Assembly: GCA_964016885.1 (NCBI GenBank)
Contig: OZ024749.1
Span: 46,376,001-46,440,000, forward strand
Origin: Eledone cirrhosa
Lineage: Eukaryota
DNA: 64,000 bases
Direction: 5' to 3'
Numbering within the stretch: the stretch's first letter is position 1; each line of letters opens with the position of its first letter. Positions 12,552 to 25,994 of this stretch are shown here, piece after piece. The notes under the pieces were generated by a model, which was not told where the DNA came from, ran no database searches, and saw only the letters and a program-made list of their open reading frames with translations. Made by a program: the position numbers and the translations under genes.

Positions 12552-13333
12552 TATTTATAAGTAAAATCCCGACCGCTGTGCCAACCGATTTTATGGTTTC
12601 AGACAACTTGTGTTCCGATTGTTTGCACAATGGAAGATCATGCATGTGAGAATAAGGTGGAAGTAGGTTAACATTCTACAGACAAGTTTAACCTTAACCT
12701 AATTGTTATTAAGTATCAGAGTATAGTGTGTGATATGGAAGAATACTTTTCTCCCATGAGTATTTACGTGAACATAAAGACAAATAGACATATATTTGAA
12801 AATTTATATCCTTACTTTATCAATACTGGAATGATGGAAGTCAAAATTGACCTTTGAATGATTTGAATTCAGTATGTAAATATTCATGACTAAATACTGC
12901 AAACAACTTTTCTTTTAACAATCTAATGGTTCTGCCAAACTAATGCCCAGAAAAGTCTCTAGAGTTGCTGATTATCTTAAGACTAAATCTCATCAATTTT
13001 GGAAGCTATTTTTAAAGCTACGTATAGAATATACAATAGGACTATGGTAGTCGTATGTTATTGTAAAACACCAATGAATCTATCAGACACTACCTATTAG
13101 CAGTACAGTAACTACAAGTATGTTTTCATAAAGATAATGGATTCAGCCACCTGTCTCAAGATATATATCAGTCGAAAATCTAATTAGAAGAAAAGACATT
13201 GACAGATCAATAAAAATGTAACAAAAATAAAAAGCTATGTAAAATAAAACAAGAACTATTAGCCAATCAAGCAAGCTATCAATCGAAGAATAATCAAACA
13301 TAACACTTTTATTAGAAACCCCCAATTACTTAC

Positions 13334-13476
13334 GATGAATATGGAGAAGTGGGGTCTGGTAAATCCATAGCAACTGCCATAAAAACATTCGGGAGTTTGT
13401 GGTTTGGTACATAACCTATATTAGCTGTTTGTGCCCAACGGAGGGCAGCGAATCCGGAATTATGGTAAGGAGCAAG
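13334..13476 (-). CDS. SIAE: SIAE coding exon 7
   Basis: gcAG acceptor; LAPYHNSGFAALRWAQTANIGYVPNHKLPNVFMAVAMDLPDPTSPYS; GTAAGT donor. Confidence 0.95.
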
Positions 13477-13586
13477 CTGCAAAAATAAAATAGTTAAATA
13501 GACAGCAGGAGCAATTAAGTTTTGTGCTGGCAAACACAACATTCTTCTTGTTCTGCTAACTATGCATCTATCTACGTATGTAAGTA

Positions 13587-13678
13587 TCTAGCAAGACGAA
13601 TTCGAACCATCGACTTAAGGATGACAACTTAATATAACATACTACAGTCCGCCGCTCTACCAACTGAGCTATCGCGGG
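13587..13678 (-). pseudogene. Intron-containing tRNA-Tyr(GTA), probably a pseudogene
   Basis: CCCGCGATAGCTCAGTTGGTAGAGCGGCGGACTGTAG + 19-nt intron (13641-13623) + ATCCTTAAGTCGATGGTTCGAATTCGTCTTGCTAGA. A and B boxes are recognisable, but the acceptor and anticodon stems have mismatches. Confidence 0.85.
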
Positions 13679-14236
13679 TCATACTACCTACCACCAGTGA
13701 TTATATGATTTCGGAAAGTGTGAATGAAATTGGAGTTCATTAGATCAGTTCAACCTTGATTAAGAATATATTTCTTAATTGATATTGCAGCCATCATGCC
13801 TAACATGTATATTTTTTACACAGGGATTATAGAAATTCATTATTCAATATGGGTTTCTCTATCAATGTAGTAATATATGGTTTTCTCATTTAAGTGTATA
13901 ATTAGTAATAGTAGGGTGATTTATAAGATATTTCCAGGAGAGTATTCGTCGTGGACTATAAAGCTATAAGCTTAAAGTTGGTTAAAGCATTGGAGAAAGA
14001 GTCTTATGGTAATATTTCTGCTGGTGTCTTCGCCCACATATTACTGAGAGAGTCATGGTGGCAGAGCCCTAAAACACTCCTTCAAGCGGGTCCTGTTTAG
14101 TTCCTTTTACTTATTAATAGCGTCGTATGAAATGAAGTTCACTTCAAGGTCAATGCTTAAAGTAGCAGCTGAGTAGAGTACTGGTGTAGATTTTTTCGCA
14201 TGTTTGTCTATCTGTCTGTCTACTCTATCTGTTTAA

Positions 14237-14456
14237 CCCTTTAGCATTTAAGCCGGCCGTATCCTGCTAGAATTTTCTCGCCTCTTTCCGTCAAACCGGC
14301 CGCAACTGGCCACTCATACTGATGTTAGGTTATTGTTCTCAAAATAAATAATATCAAAATTTCATTGATTCGATTTTATGTGAGATAATGATGTGAGATA
14401 AAGCCCTTACCACGAAAATATAATAGTATATATAAAGTAGTGTAAATGTTAATGGG
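14237..14456. mobile_element. piggyBac-like MITE (copy 1 of 3)
   Basis: TTAA|ccctttagcattta ... taaatgttaatggg|TTAA; homologous to 22145-22352 and 56837-57057. Confidence 0.8.
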
Positions 14457-14967
14457 TTAACTTTCTGGAGGAAATCACCATTATTCATACCTGGAGAGAG
14501 ATGGGGTCGATAATGTTTAATAATTCTCACGCTGGCACCTCTACGACTCCATCAAAAGATAAGAGCTAATAGCAAGGCTTAAAATGAAGGGCCAACAAGT
14601 TTGGTTGCAAGTGTTCATGTAGATGATGGAAGAAAACTTTTCACAGACGATAGTTGTAAAAATAAGACAACAATATATGTAATTATATTTATGGCCTTTG
14701 AATTCTCGAAAATGACAGACGATGATATATATATATACATATATTATTTTTATATCTCATCATGTTAAATAAAATATTCATTTATTTTTAATTGCCTCAT
14801 TACTCTTTGGTAGACAAATAACTCAAATTAAATCAACTAGATATATTTTAGTTTTTCAGATCGACTTTGGTTTTTCACTACTACCGAGTTTGATAAAGTA
14901 ATACAGATATTTCAAGCGGAAATTATTGCATTATACACGTACCTTTCATACCAAAGTACATTTAATA

Positions 14968-15100
14968 TAGTGGAACCTCGCTTCACGAACGCATCTTATC
15001 AGGAAGAAGTCGGTTCACGAACAATGCTTCCACGCATAAAACGCCTCGGGTGACGAACAATGTCTCGAGTAACGAACACGCAATCCGGCAACAACAGGCT
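14968..15100 (+). mobile_element. Tigger/pogo-like transposon end fragment
   Basis: tatagtggaacctcgcttcacgaac start with repeated cacgaac subterminal motifs; the other end was not found. Confidence 0.5.
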
Positions 15101-15257
15101 TGGAATATTGGCAGGAAAGTTTCATTTGATATGTTGTTAGTTACTATGATTGATATTTATCTGTCTCTCACACAAGTCTCTCTGTCGTTAAGATGTCTAA
15201 GTATTAAAGACAACTTTTTTATTGACACACACACACAATCTCTCTCTCTCTCACACA

Positions 15258-15306
<49 letters not shown>

Positions 15307-15420
15307 ACACATACATATATATATACATGCATATATATATATAATACAGGCATATATATGCAAATGTTATGTATTTCAATATATTTCAATTTAATATTAT
15401 TAATTTTATTTCATGTTTAC

Positions 15421-15551
15421 CTGAACGAATCCAAATGGGAATGTAGGAGACGTTTCATTATCGGAAGCTTCATGGAATCTTTTCCGCCAATCAGCAACCA
15501 TAAATGGAAATAGACAAGAATATTGTTTGGGATGCTGGGAATTTGATTCAC
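15421..15551 (-). CDS. SIAE: SIAE coding exon 6
   Basis: acAG acceptor; (G)ESNSQHPKQYSCLFPFMVADWRKRFHEASDNETSPTFPFGFVQ; GTAAAC donor. Completes WYQGESN and contains PFGFVQ. Confidence 0.95.
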
Positions 15552-15841
15552 CTGTGGTTAACAGAAAATTAAATTGCCAACGTTAGCATATATATTTACA
15601 ATAGAGTTCAGGTGTTTGTATACACTCTGTCAATCTCTTGATTTTAATAGGTTTAAACGAAATAAGAAATATGCAATTTATGACCTTTTACAAGGCTTCT
15701 CAAACTATTGGGAAGACATTACTGCGAAACAAGAGAGCAGGTCTTAAATCTATGCCAGGGACTAAGTCCATTAAACATGACTAAACATTCAGGGAGTAAT
15801 AAAATAACGATAACAACACAATTTTCTTTCGTTTAACTAAC

Positions 15842-15930
15842 CTTGATACCAGATGACTCCATGGATTGTCATATTCAAAAATGGATGGATCATAGCATTC
15901 CAGAAGCTCGACTTTGTATATGGAATTTCG
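15842..15930 (-). CDS. SIAE: SIAE coding exon 5
   Basis: gcAG acceptor; EIPYTKSSFWNAMIHPFLNMTIHGVIWYQ+G; GTTAGT donor. Contains the WNAMIHP and GVIWYQG motifs. Confidence 0.95.
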
Positions 15931-16270
15931 CTGCAAAATAAATATTTCATAATAAAAGATTATTAATTATTTGTTAAACTGATATCCAAGCAGCCTGATC
16001 ACCACAGCATCACATTTAATTTTATTACACCCTTCAAAGTCTTTCAAATTGGGCCCTGAAACATTATTAAACACACTGGACATAGATAGGCACAGGAATG
16101 ATTTGGATGTTTGGTTCGCAAATATAAAGTCACGAGTTTGCAGATATGTAGGTGTGACTGAATAACTGAATGTACATCGTTAAACCTGGCAGGTGATTTT
16201 TCATCATCATCATCATAAGTATTCTTAGATATAAACATTTCTAGATGTATGATTATATATATATATATAT

Positions 16271-16775
16271 ATATGGAGAAGTTTACGAAATGGAAATGCG
16301 CGTATATAGAATTTATTAGATAACAATTGTTTCTATAGTGTATGGGTTACCTATACCTCGCTATTTGAATAATATACAAATATTATCATAAACCGAAGGT
16401 ACACTGTAAGCACACACACCATGTCTTCAGAGCTTTGTATTAGAATGATATGAAAATATTTTATACACTAGATAATAGATAAAGAAGGAGGTAGGAAGAG
16501 GAGGGGAAGAGGGAAGTGAGTAAGGTGGAGGGAGTCTTAGGATTTAAGACTGTCAGACTAGTAGAGATTGTGAGGAGAGAATGTTTTGGCAGCAGTTATC
16601 ATTATTGAAACAATTGTTACCTAATAAATTCTATATACCCGCATTTCCATTTCGTAAACTTCTCCATATTTTCTCCGGATTTTAAAACACACTTTATTAT
16701 ACGTTGAGCAATCTCTGATGTCGTTTGACTCCATCCAATGCAACTACTTAGTTACATTGGAATACAAATTTACTA
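16271..16775. mobile_element. Penelope-like non-autonomous element (family D) with a long-stem-II hammerhead at 16318-16434(-)
   Basis: Inverted arms at 16271-16333 and 16607-16669 plus an unpaired tail of about 105 bp, flanked by (TA)n. The minus strand reads CTGAAGA-c atggtgt...acactat a-GAAACAATTGTT. Confidence 0.65.
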
Positions 16776-16797
16776 TATATATATATATATATATATA

Positions 16798-17078
16798 TAA
16801 CGAAGGAAATGTGGCAAGGAACCAGGTGGACCATAACGCACCAAAGTACTCAATACTTAGGGTAGTAGAGTGGGGTCCTACTCGTACCTACATATATATA
16901 TATATATAAAGATTCAGGATCCCGACGGGCTGAGCTCCGACCTTTTCGAAAGTTACATCCGTACATCCGACATGCGCTTTATTTCGGATCTAGCTGTCGA
17001 AACGGCCGGAGCTCAGCCGTCGGGTTTCTGAATCTTTTCATATCACCCACTCTACTACCCCACCTGGTATTTTACACA
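16798..17078. mobile_element. Two family A pieces (16798-16890 on -, 16908-17078 on +)
   Basis: Same tail and arm sequences as other family A copies, separated by (TA)n. Confidence 0.75.
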
Positions 17079-19678
17079 CACCCTATCTGATACTAGGATA
17101 GGATTTGGTAATATAAAATACCCAACAGTTTTCCTTTGATGTTTTCGTGTGTTATCAACTAACCTAACCTCCAAGTTGCTGGCAATGAAATTTTTTCCCG
17201 CTGACCGGTTGGGTAGGTTGACTCTCCCTCCTCGGAGTTTCCCCTACGATTTCTTTTCAGGCGTTATAATATCCTACGGCGAGTTTTCTGTTAACTCCCA
17301 GGCACAGCTTATTCACATACAAATATTCTCTCACACATACGTATAAACTAATATATTCTTACCCACGCGTGTACACACACATGTGAGTGTATATTTATAT
17401 ATATGTATATGTAAACTCGAGTGTATTTCTGTGAGTTTCTTAATTTTTGTGCCTTAATGTAAACATTATCTAATCGAACAATCGTTTATAGAGTCTCTGT
17501 ATTTTTTTTCAGAACGAAAGGGAAATACAAAATGCATCCTTTTAAAATTATTGATTTTTATTTGAACAGGTGCAAGCCCTCTTCCATTAAGAGGGATAGC
17601 GAAATGTGAAATTCTAATGTACATGCATTCTTGAAGACTATTAGCTGTGCACATTTAGAGAAGTAACTTCAAGTGAGAACGCCAAAATTGGCATATGTTT
17701 ATAACTATTTTCTTTTTACGACACATGCCAGGCTTTTAACATTATTGGTTTTATTCAATAAATATCTCAACCGGCAATACAACTTGCGTTGAAGATTTGT
17801 ATAGCCAAAAACCTTAACAGCTTTATACAGTGACGGACAATAAAGAAGCTCATAGCACCCCGGTTTCGCCAAACAGCCGTCCATATCCATTCTAACTACT
17901 AAGTGCTTAATGTAGATTATCGGAAAAAAGTGGGTATTTACAGCGTAATTTGCTCGATTAAATGAGAAAGCATTTGGAATGTCGCTTGATTTACTATAGA
18001 AAAAGCAGTCCAATCTCACTAGTTATTTCGAAAATGAAGTAATACAGCCGAATTTAATCTATAAATTAAATTAACTTAGCTTGACTAAAGAAATCATCCT
18101 CAAATCTGAAATTTGAAATATATTCCTCCCAATGCAAATAATCATAATAATCGTCCACTATAGATTATATTAGAGAAAATCGAGTAATGTACCCCCTGGA
18201 AACGGAAGGAAAATGGAAAGAGACGACTGCCATGAAGGCACCACTGCCCACAGTTTTCTGTGACGAGAGGAACTTTATGCCACATTTCTCAAATATTATT
18301 TGTAGTTATCAATTTTTATCGTGATTATTTGCGTAGGGACGAATATATTTCAAATATATAATAAATATTGGATGATCACAACTAAAATATTTTCATCATT
18401 GAACACTAAGACCAGCACTAATATGATCATCATCAGACCGAGTCATTACATTAGTAGATCTGCTAGAAACAGCAGCCACATCCTTCTCAAATCATACTCT
18501 AGCGTCATAAGCGAGGAAAAAAATGCATAGAATAATTTAGTTCAAATTACATCTAAATAAAAATGGTGATTAAGCCTGGAATGTCTTTGATTATATATCA
18601 GGGATGACCCTGAGATTAAAAACAAAATCAGCAAACATCTTGTATCCTGGTATCCATCTGTCTCGAGAGACAATGGACGTAACCAGAAATACTACAAATA
18701 GCAACCACATCGTTGAAACACAACCCCGAAAAGGAAGGATACATTGGATGCGTAGCCTTAGAAAAAGTATTCCTGTAAACAATAGAAATTGTGAGAAATG
18801 GAAGGCATTTTTTCGATACTCAGTCCGATTCCCAAAAATTCTTTAGAAATATAGACGTTGAGTATGTTCAATTTAATCCACACTATTCTACCAGGCACAG
18901 AACATACTTTATTTTGTAGAACTCAAACGAATAACATGCCTAAAGTTCCAAAATTTGCATTGAGGAAATGATTGGACATAATTCACTATTATGTTCGGTA
19001 AAATAAACCTAAAATGATATAGGACATACATTTAAGGCTTTTCATAGATAACTTAGGTTCTAATTGCTACTTGTACCATGTAACGTATTACAACCTGTAT
19101 TAGACCTGCCAATCTCTAAAAACCTAAACTAGGAGTACCACGAAAAAAAGTGCCCCATATCGGGCAGAAATGAGCCCAAAAGGGGAGATTTTACATAATA
19201 AAAATTGGGAGGAAGATCTTCTTATCCAACGGAGAGAGTTGACAGTTCTGCTATATCGTGGTTAGCAAATAAATCGGCCCCTGTCTAGCTAAAAAAGGTT
19301 AAAAAAAAACAAAATTTTGTAAGATTGTATGAGAATCTCATACACACTTAGACAGGTTTTATTTTTTGAAGTGAAGGGTTAATTATACATGGAGATAAAA
19401 TAGGTAATAACTGAACATCTGCCAATTGAAACACCAATAGCTGCGAGGATGCGACATCTGTAGACTAAAATAATCGATATATTGGGAACTGCTATCGTTC
19501 GCAGCGGAAAAAATAGAAGTGTTCAACCACGCACCAACAAACACACACGCTCACACACACATCCATGAGAGCGCACAAGCACATGCAAATAGATAAAGAA
19601 ACATAAATATGCTCACAGATAAACACACACACACTCGCACTCTCTCACACATATACATATATATATATATATACATAT

Positions 19679-19879
<201 letters not shown>

Positions 19880-20488
19880 TATCTATAGCGTTGCTCAGAT
19901 CTTCAGTATTCCTCTATGAAAGTTTAATAACCTTCATCGGATATTGTGTATTCCGTTCTTGCTAGCGGTAACCGTTTCATGTTTAGAGACTTAATTTCCA
20001 TAACAGTAACAAGCAAACACACAAATATAATGGGTTTTCGTTTACCAAACGCGGACAGTTACTTTTTGCTTTTTTCGTCTATTAAGTTCTACTCACAAGT
20101 CATTGGATAACCCTATACCATAATATAATACCAGCGTAGAACGCCAGGGTATTGAACCTAGAAATATGTGATTGTGATTCGATCTTCTGTCGTCACATTC
20201 TGGTTACCCTAAATAATTGAACATATCTCCTATATTTTCAACCTAAGTTTCAAGAATTATTATATGTTATTATCAACAATGTGAAATATTAAATTTGTTT
20301 ATTCAATCAAAATATTTAAATTTATTCTCTCGTGAATCTTATTTTAATTAATCAAATAACTGAATTTAATTTATCGAATTCTCGGGTTAATGAACTTATT
20401 TTCGTAAATTTAATGATAAAGTGGGTGACTAAGTAGATACACAACGGACTTATAAAAATTAGAACGCACTAATAAAAACTATATATGT

Positions 20489-21085
20489 ATGAAAAGAGTC
20501 AGTAACCCGACGGCTGAGCTCCGGACGTTCCGACAGCTTGATCCGAGCTAAGCTAGCAGTATTAGAGCGCTAGGAATCTAGATAAGCTTATCAAGTTGAA
20601 TTGTAGGTCACCGTCTCTATAAATGTAAGATAGTTGTAAATATTTATCTCTTAACGCCTGACTGGCTTGGCAACCACAGGTCAGATTGTTCTCTTACTCT
20701 ACCCCCCCCCCCCCCCTGTTCTACTGGCCAGTTCAGCCCCCCCCCCTCACCGCCGTAATGAAGGATTTTGATAACCATGTACATGACATCCCAGATCATT
20801 GACCACTCCCTGTGAAAGAGAAGAAAAACAAATTTTTAGGATTATTTGCTTTGATATTTCTGCTGTTTGTTTTATCTGAATGCCTATATAGGGACTGTGC
20901 CCCTTGATAAGTTCAGTTACATTCCAGCCGTTCTAATACTGTTGGTTTAGTTCGGATACAGCTGTCAAAACGTCCGGAGCTCAGCCGTCGGGGTCCTGAC
21001 TCTTTTCCTATTACCCACTCTACTACCCCAAGTATCGAGTACTATGGTGCGTTATGGTCCACGTGGTATCTTACCACACCTTCTT

Positions 21086-21089
<4 letters not shown>
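20489..21089 (+). mobile_element. Longest family A Penelope-like element; U3-A8 hammerhead remnant at about 20899-20995
   Basis: Inverted arms of about 105 bp plus an 80-bp tail ending in (TA)n. Reads gcccc-TTGATAA-long stem II-(G)AAAC..GTC-ggggt; the GAAA is mutated in this copy but intact in others. Confidence 0.7.
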
Positions 21090-21133
<44 letters not shown>

Positions 21134-21177
21134 ATATATATATATAGAAGTGGTTACACAACAGTTAGTTCACCATA

Positions 21178-21217
21178 CCGAGAACAATTGTTTCACCTTC
21201 GCGGATCTTCAGCTCGG
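21178..21217 (-). ncRNA. Minimal type I hammerhead motif
   Basis: ccgag-CTGAAGA-t cc gcgaa gg t-GAAAC AATT GTT-ctcgg: perfect 5-bp stem I and palindromic stem III; about 30 bp from a (TA)n tract. Confidence 0.8.
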
Positions 21218-22144
21218 GATGTGTATGGTTATATATATTCTGGCAGACTATTCAACAACTTCGTATTAAGAAGTCTCCCTCCAAGAATACCACCAGGGAC
21301 TCGTCTGTGGTTATTTATTTTGAAGAGGGGTGCATCTTCACCAAATGGAGAGAATATTATGCTGATCTCCTGAATTCGGAGATAACAACATATTCCAATG
21401 TATATGAAGTACATCTAAGGGCGAAGACTACCTTCTCGGAATCTTAGGTTACCAGAATAATTAAAGCTCTCAAATGTAGCTTGGCCTCGAGGAAGATGAA
21501 ATTTAGCCCGATATGATAAAGATTTCTGGCTGACTCATGTATGCCGCATAGCCTAGATTTCTGGAAAGCCAACAAGAATATGGCAAATGGGAGTTATAAA
21601 TGTTTAATGTTTTGTGCCAATGTTTCTTCAAAATTATTATATAAACACCTGATATTACGATTTTGCGAAATATCATTTTTGAAATTCAAATTATTTCATT
21701 TTTCGACACTTTCTGGATATGGAAATATGCTCGTTTTCCAATATTTCTTAAAATTAATTTTAACGGCAAAATTCACGTCATTTAAAATAGCATGCTTCTT
21801 GTTATTTTTGCAATAAAATTTACTGTCTATCAACACGACTTAAATAACAGCTAAATACACTAATGCCGCAATATATTGATGAAATAGCAGCCACATATTT
21901 TCTTGTCAAGGACGCTAGAAAAAGCAAGTATATATTGAACGAAAAACCCAGCTAATAATATATATATATATATTTTAATAAATATTTGCTCTACGGTTCT
22001 TATATATTTGATATATATTTATCCTTATCGAGCCCTCTTTGGATTTTAGTCTTCAAATTTATTATTATTACTATATTAAGTCATATATATATATATTAAG
22101 TCATATAGTATAGTATTCTAAATTGTATTAATTTTGCCCTTTAA

Positions 22145-22352
22145 CTCTTTAGCATTTACATTACTCTATATTTACTATTATATTTTCATGGTCAAGGCTT
22201 TATCTCACATAATATCGAATCTATGAGATTTTGATATTATTTAGGTTGAGAACAATACCTTAGCATCACTATGAATGGCCAGTTACAGCTGGTTAGAACA
22301 GAAAGAGGTGAGAGAATTCTGGCCGGATACGGTCGGTTTAAATGCTAAAGGG
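22145..22352. mobile_element. piggyBac-like MITE (copy 2, opposite orientation)
   Basis: TTAA|ctctttagcattta ... taaatgctaaaggg|TTAA. Confidence 0.8.
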
Positions 22353-22873
22353 TTAAATCTAAACAAAAAAAATATTGAAAAGCAAGTATTTCTGCCTGTT
22401 CGTGATTGTGTGTGTGTGGGTCGATGGGTGTGTGTGTCTGTGTGTATGTGTGAGGTGAACAGGATGATTTGAGAGGCAGACCTTAGGTGATATTTTCAAA
22501 TGTAAGCCGAAGTGCTAATGTGTAGGAATATTCTATACAATTCAAAATAAAAATTATTTTGGCAAAAATACTTATAGGCTTATTGAATATATTCATTTTC
22601 CCGCCACATAAAAATTGAATTCTTGATAATAGCAGTATTGATTTAGCATTGATTTAGAAATGAAACGTACGTAGATGAATATACTTCATTAACGAGATCA
22701 GAATAAGGCCGACCGAACACATAACCGGATATTTCTCCTTTACTTACCGGAAAAGGGAAAATAATCTTACTGTTTTTTTCTATCGTATCATACATATTTC
22801 GAATTAGGTTTTTCAAGTTACTATTTCATAGTATTCCCAAACATCCCTGTTATAATGTTAAATTATTACTCAC

Positions 22874-23042
22874 ACTTCAGGACACTTTTTCAAAACATCT
22901 GGGGATGACCAGGTCTCAATTGGAGTACCACCATAGGTAGAACTGATTAACCCAATAGGAATTCTATTTTCTTCATATAGACGTCGTCCATACATCCAGC
23001 AAACGGCTGAGAAATACATCCAAATTGATGATGCTACTGCCT
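22874..23042 (-). CDS. SIAE: SIAE coding exon 4
   Basis: acAG acceptor; AVASSIWMYFSAVCWMYGRRLYEENRIPIGLISSTYGGTPIETWSSPDVLKKCPE; GTGAGT donor. Contains the FSAVCW and PIGLI..GGTPIE motifs. Confidence 0.95.
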
Positions 23043-23173
23043 CTGTTGTTGAATAATACGTTATATAAGATGATAATATTCAATATATATCACTGTTTTT
23101 CTCATGTTTTCTAATCCCCGCCAGGTTTGTCTTTCCGTAATCATATAAATGTATGTGTTTGCGCATGTTTGCA

Positions 23174-23335
<162 letters not shown>

Positions 23336-23344
23336 TATATATAC

Positions 23345-23452
23345 AGGGCACGTAACATTCCCGAGATCTATGGACGAGGTCTCTCCAGCGCTCTCTGTCT
23401 TTCATCATCGCCGCCATGTCCTGCGTCTCCCAGAGTCCAGTGTCTGTCCTTA
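23345..23452 (-). mobile_element. RTE-type LINE extreme 3' fragment inside (TA)n
   Basis: Translates ...[18 protein letters not shown], a typical RTE C-terminal DRxxWR motif. Confidence 0.6.
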
Positions 23453-23455
23453 GGG

Positions 23456-23508
<53 letters not shown>

Positions 23509-23670
23509 AGAAGTTATATTTAATTTGTTGGGATACAACAAGCAAATAATTTTATAACTGATATAAAGCACTCAACAAATTATTGGAGTAAAAATACAGG
23601 AGCTTCCAACCGACATGGTCGCATTCTTTAAGGGTATGTCAATATTTGTTCATAAAACTGATCTATATTA

Positions 23671-23735
23671 TATTTTATCTGATGAAAGCGCACCATAATT
23701 TGCTTTGGTGTCCTTGAAATATGTATAATGAAATA
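23671..23735 (+). ncRNA. Type I hammerhead motif, family E
   Basis: tattttat-CTGATGA-aag c gcacca..tggtgt c ctt-GAAA ta tg ta TA-atgaaata: 8-bp stem I and 9-bp stem II. A decayed homologue lies in reverse orientation at about 46431-46575. Confidence 0.75.
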
Positions 23736-23769
23736 AATATGGTTTTATAAATATAGTTTCCATTTGTTA

Positions 23770-23852
<83 letters not shown>

Positions 23853-25150
23853 TTATTTATTTTTTCAACATAACAGTATGGAAGTAGGAATTCAATTTTG
23901 ATATTTTCTTATTATTTTTCTTTTTGAAAATATTATTGCTTAGCATCAAGCCATACCTGATCAAGCAGAAATGTTATCAACGCTGTACGGAATATGACAA
24001 TCTAACCACTTTATGTTATGACATACCGTATCTAGTAATCTAAAACAGTGTATCGGGAGAATTATTACAATTTCGGATAGAATGCTGTGTGGTAGTGGTT
24101 CCGTCTATTTTCTATCTCTGAGTTCAGACGTCAAATATACCTTTCATCATTTTGAGGTCGATAACAAGGTAACAATCTAATACGAGGTTTTGATTCTTTC
24201 CTTATATCTTTTTCAGATTTGCTCCCAGTCTGTCACTCTCTGTCTCACATTCTTTGGAAGAAATCAACTGTGCTCAGAGTGAATGGTTTCAAGGAACATT
24301 GTATGTGAATCAGTACTGCAATCATAAAATCTAGCTGGATTTACAGACCTATAATACATATATATACAAACATGATGGTTGCCCCCTCGTTATCTAGTAT
24401 GGCCATTGCACGATATAACATTATTAATAATTATGGAATAATGCCTGTGCGTGAAGATTTTTTTAAAGTGAGGAAAGACAGTGCACTGAGCCAATCCCAC
24501 TCTCTGAGCGACGGCAACTATAACCCGAAAAGAAGAACAGATCAAGACATCGGTAACTACTGAGCCGCATACACACATATATATACATAATACTGACAGT
24601 ATGGAACAGTAAAACTATGCAAAACATTCCAAACATTCTGCATCTTATAACTCCATGTACACATGTACAGATACAAACCATATACACACATATAACTCAA
24701 AACATGCACACATATAACTCAAAACATACACGTCCACACATACAATAGCATCCATATCTTCACACACATGCATGCATGCAGACATGCACACATATCTACC
24801 TAGTTGATGTTGTGTAAATTCCAATGAGAGAGTCTTGTATCTATGTTAGAAACGGACTCTCTATCTCTGTATCACCCCCCCTCTCTCTCTTTCTCTATTG
24901 GTAATAAATTATGAAATTATATAACCAGTAGAACAAACAAATAAATAAACATACATACATAGAGTATCAATTATTCTAGAGTCGTTTACGACAATATATA
25001 TTTGCTATTTCTAACATGCCAGGAAAACATATACATGCTTGCTCATGGTTTATTTTCTGATTCATTTAATGCAAACAATATTTAGTTACAAAGCTTGGCA
25101 CACGGCAGGTCACTGTAAGGCTTAAGAAAGAATTGATGGCAACTACTTAC

Positions 25151-25289
25151 TAGGTGACGCCACTGACCATTGCTCAAGAACACAATTGACGTCATATTCT
25201 GGTTGATTAGAAGCAATATAACCTGTAGTAAACAGTCGTATTTCTGGATAATGGCTGGAATACTCAACTTCTTGGCTACCATTGAAAGC
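25151..25289 (-). CDS. SIAE: SIAE coding exon 3
   Basis: gcAG acceptor; AFNGSQEVEYSSHYPEIRLFTTGYIASNQPEYDVNCVLEQWSVASP+A; GTAAGT donor; phase 0 in, phase 1 out. Contains the YPxIRLF motif. Confidence 0.93.
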
Positions 25290-25321
25290 CTGCGAATGAA
25301 ACAATTGTTCTATTGTATCAG

Positions 25322-25384
<63 letters not shown>

Positions 25385-25626
25385 AAAGGTAAACAGAAAT
25401 AACAACACAATCGGTACAGTATATGGAATGGATATATTAGGTTAACGCTTGATATAGCAGGAAGAGGGTCTTAACGTTTCCGACGCTAGATAGTATATAT
25501 ATATCTATATATCTATATATATGTGAGTGTGTGTGTGTATGTATGCATGTATTAAATTACCCTAAGTGTTTGACGAAGACGTATTTGATTTATTAAAGAA
25601 TTATGAATTATAAAATGAATACGTAC

Positions 25627-25958
25627 CATTATTGTCGTAAATTGCATGTTACTTTGACCTGAACACATCCATACATCACCAAATAAAACATTAACCAATT
25701 CAATAATTGTTGTAGATAACTTGACCTTGATAACATATGGTCCACCAGCTTCCATTACAGGTAATTTTACTTTCCATACTGAAGCATTAATAGCTGGAAG
25801 TAAATAACTAGTTGTTCTTGCAGAGTAGAGTTCATTTATTTTAAGGGTGATATTTGCACCACTGTATCTTGAATATCCCCAAATTATAGCACGCCGTGGT
25901 GCCCTCTGTAGCACCATGTTGTTGCTGTAGTAACTTGCAAATTGGATATCATGGCTCC
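25627..25958 (-). CDS. SIAE: SIAE coding exon 2 (contains catalytic-Ser motif GQSN)
   Basis: tttAG acceptor; SHDIQFASYYSNNMVLQR...VLFGDVWMCSGQSNMQFTTIM; GTACGT donor. The MVLQR and GDVWxCSGQSNM motifs are diagnostic of sialate O-acetylesterases. Confidence 0.97.
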
Positions 25959-25959
25959 C

Positions 25960-25994
<35 letters not shown>

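Noticed and set aside
18380-18445. Minus-strand CTGATGA..GAAA motif (also similar near 50799 and 30480)
   Set aside because: Stem I and/or stem III cannot form; expected by chance in AT-rich DNA.
21325-21385. KWREYYADLLN peptide resembling a LINE ORF2 linker
   Set aside because: Too short, with no flanking RT motifs.
22748-22769. Possible SIAE micro-exon before a GTAAGT donor
   Set aside because: No polypyrimidine tract, and exons 4 and 5 already join in frame.
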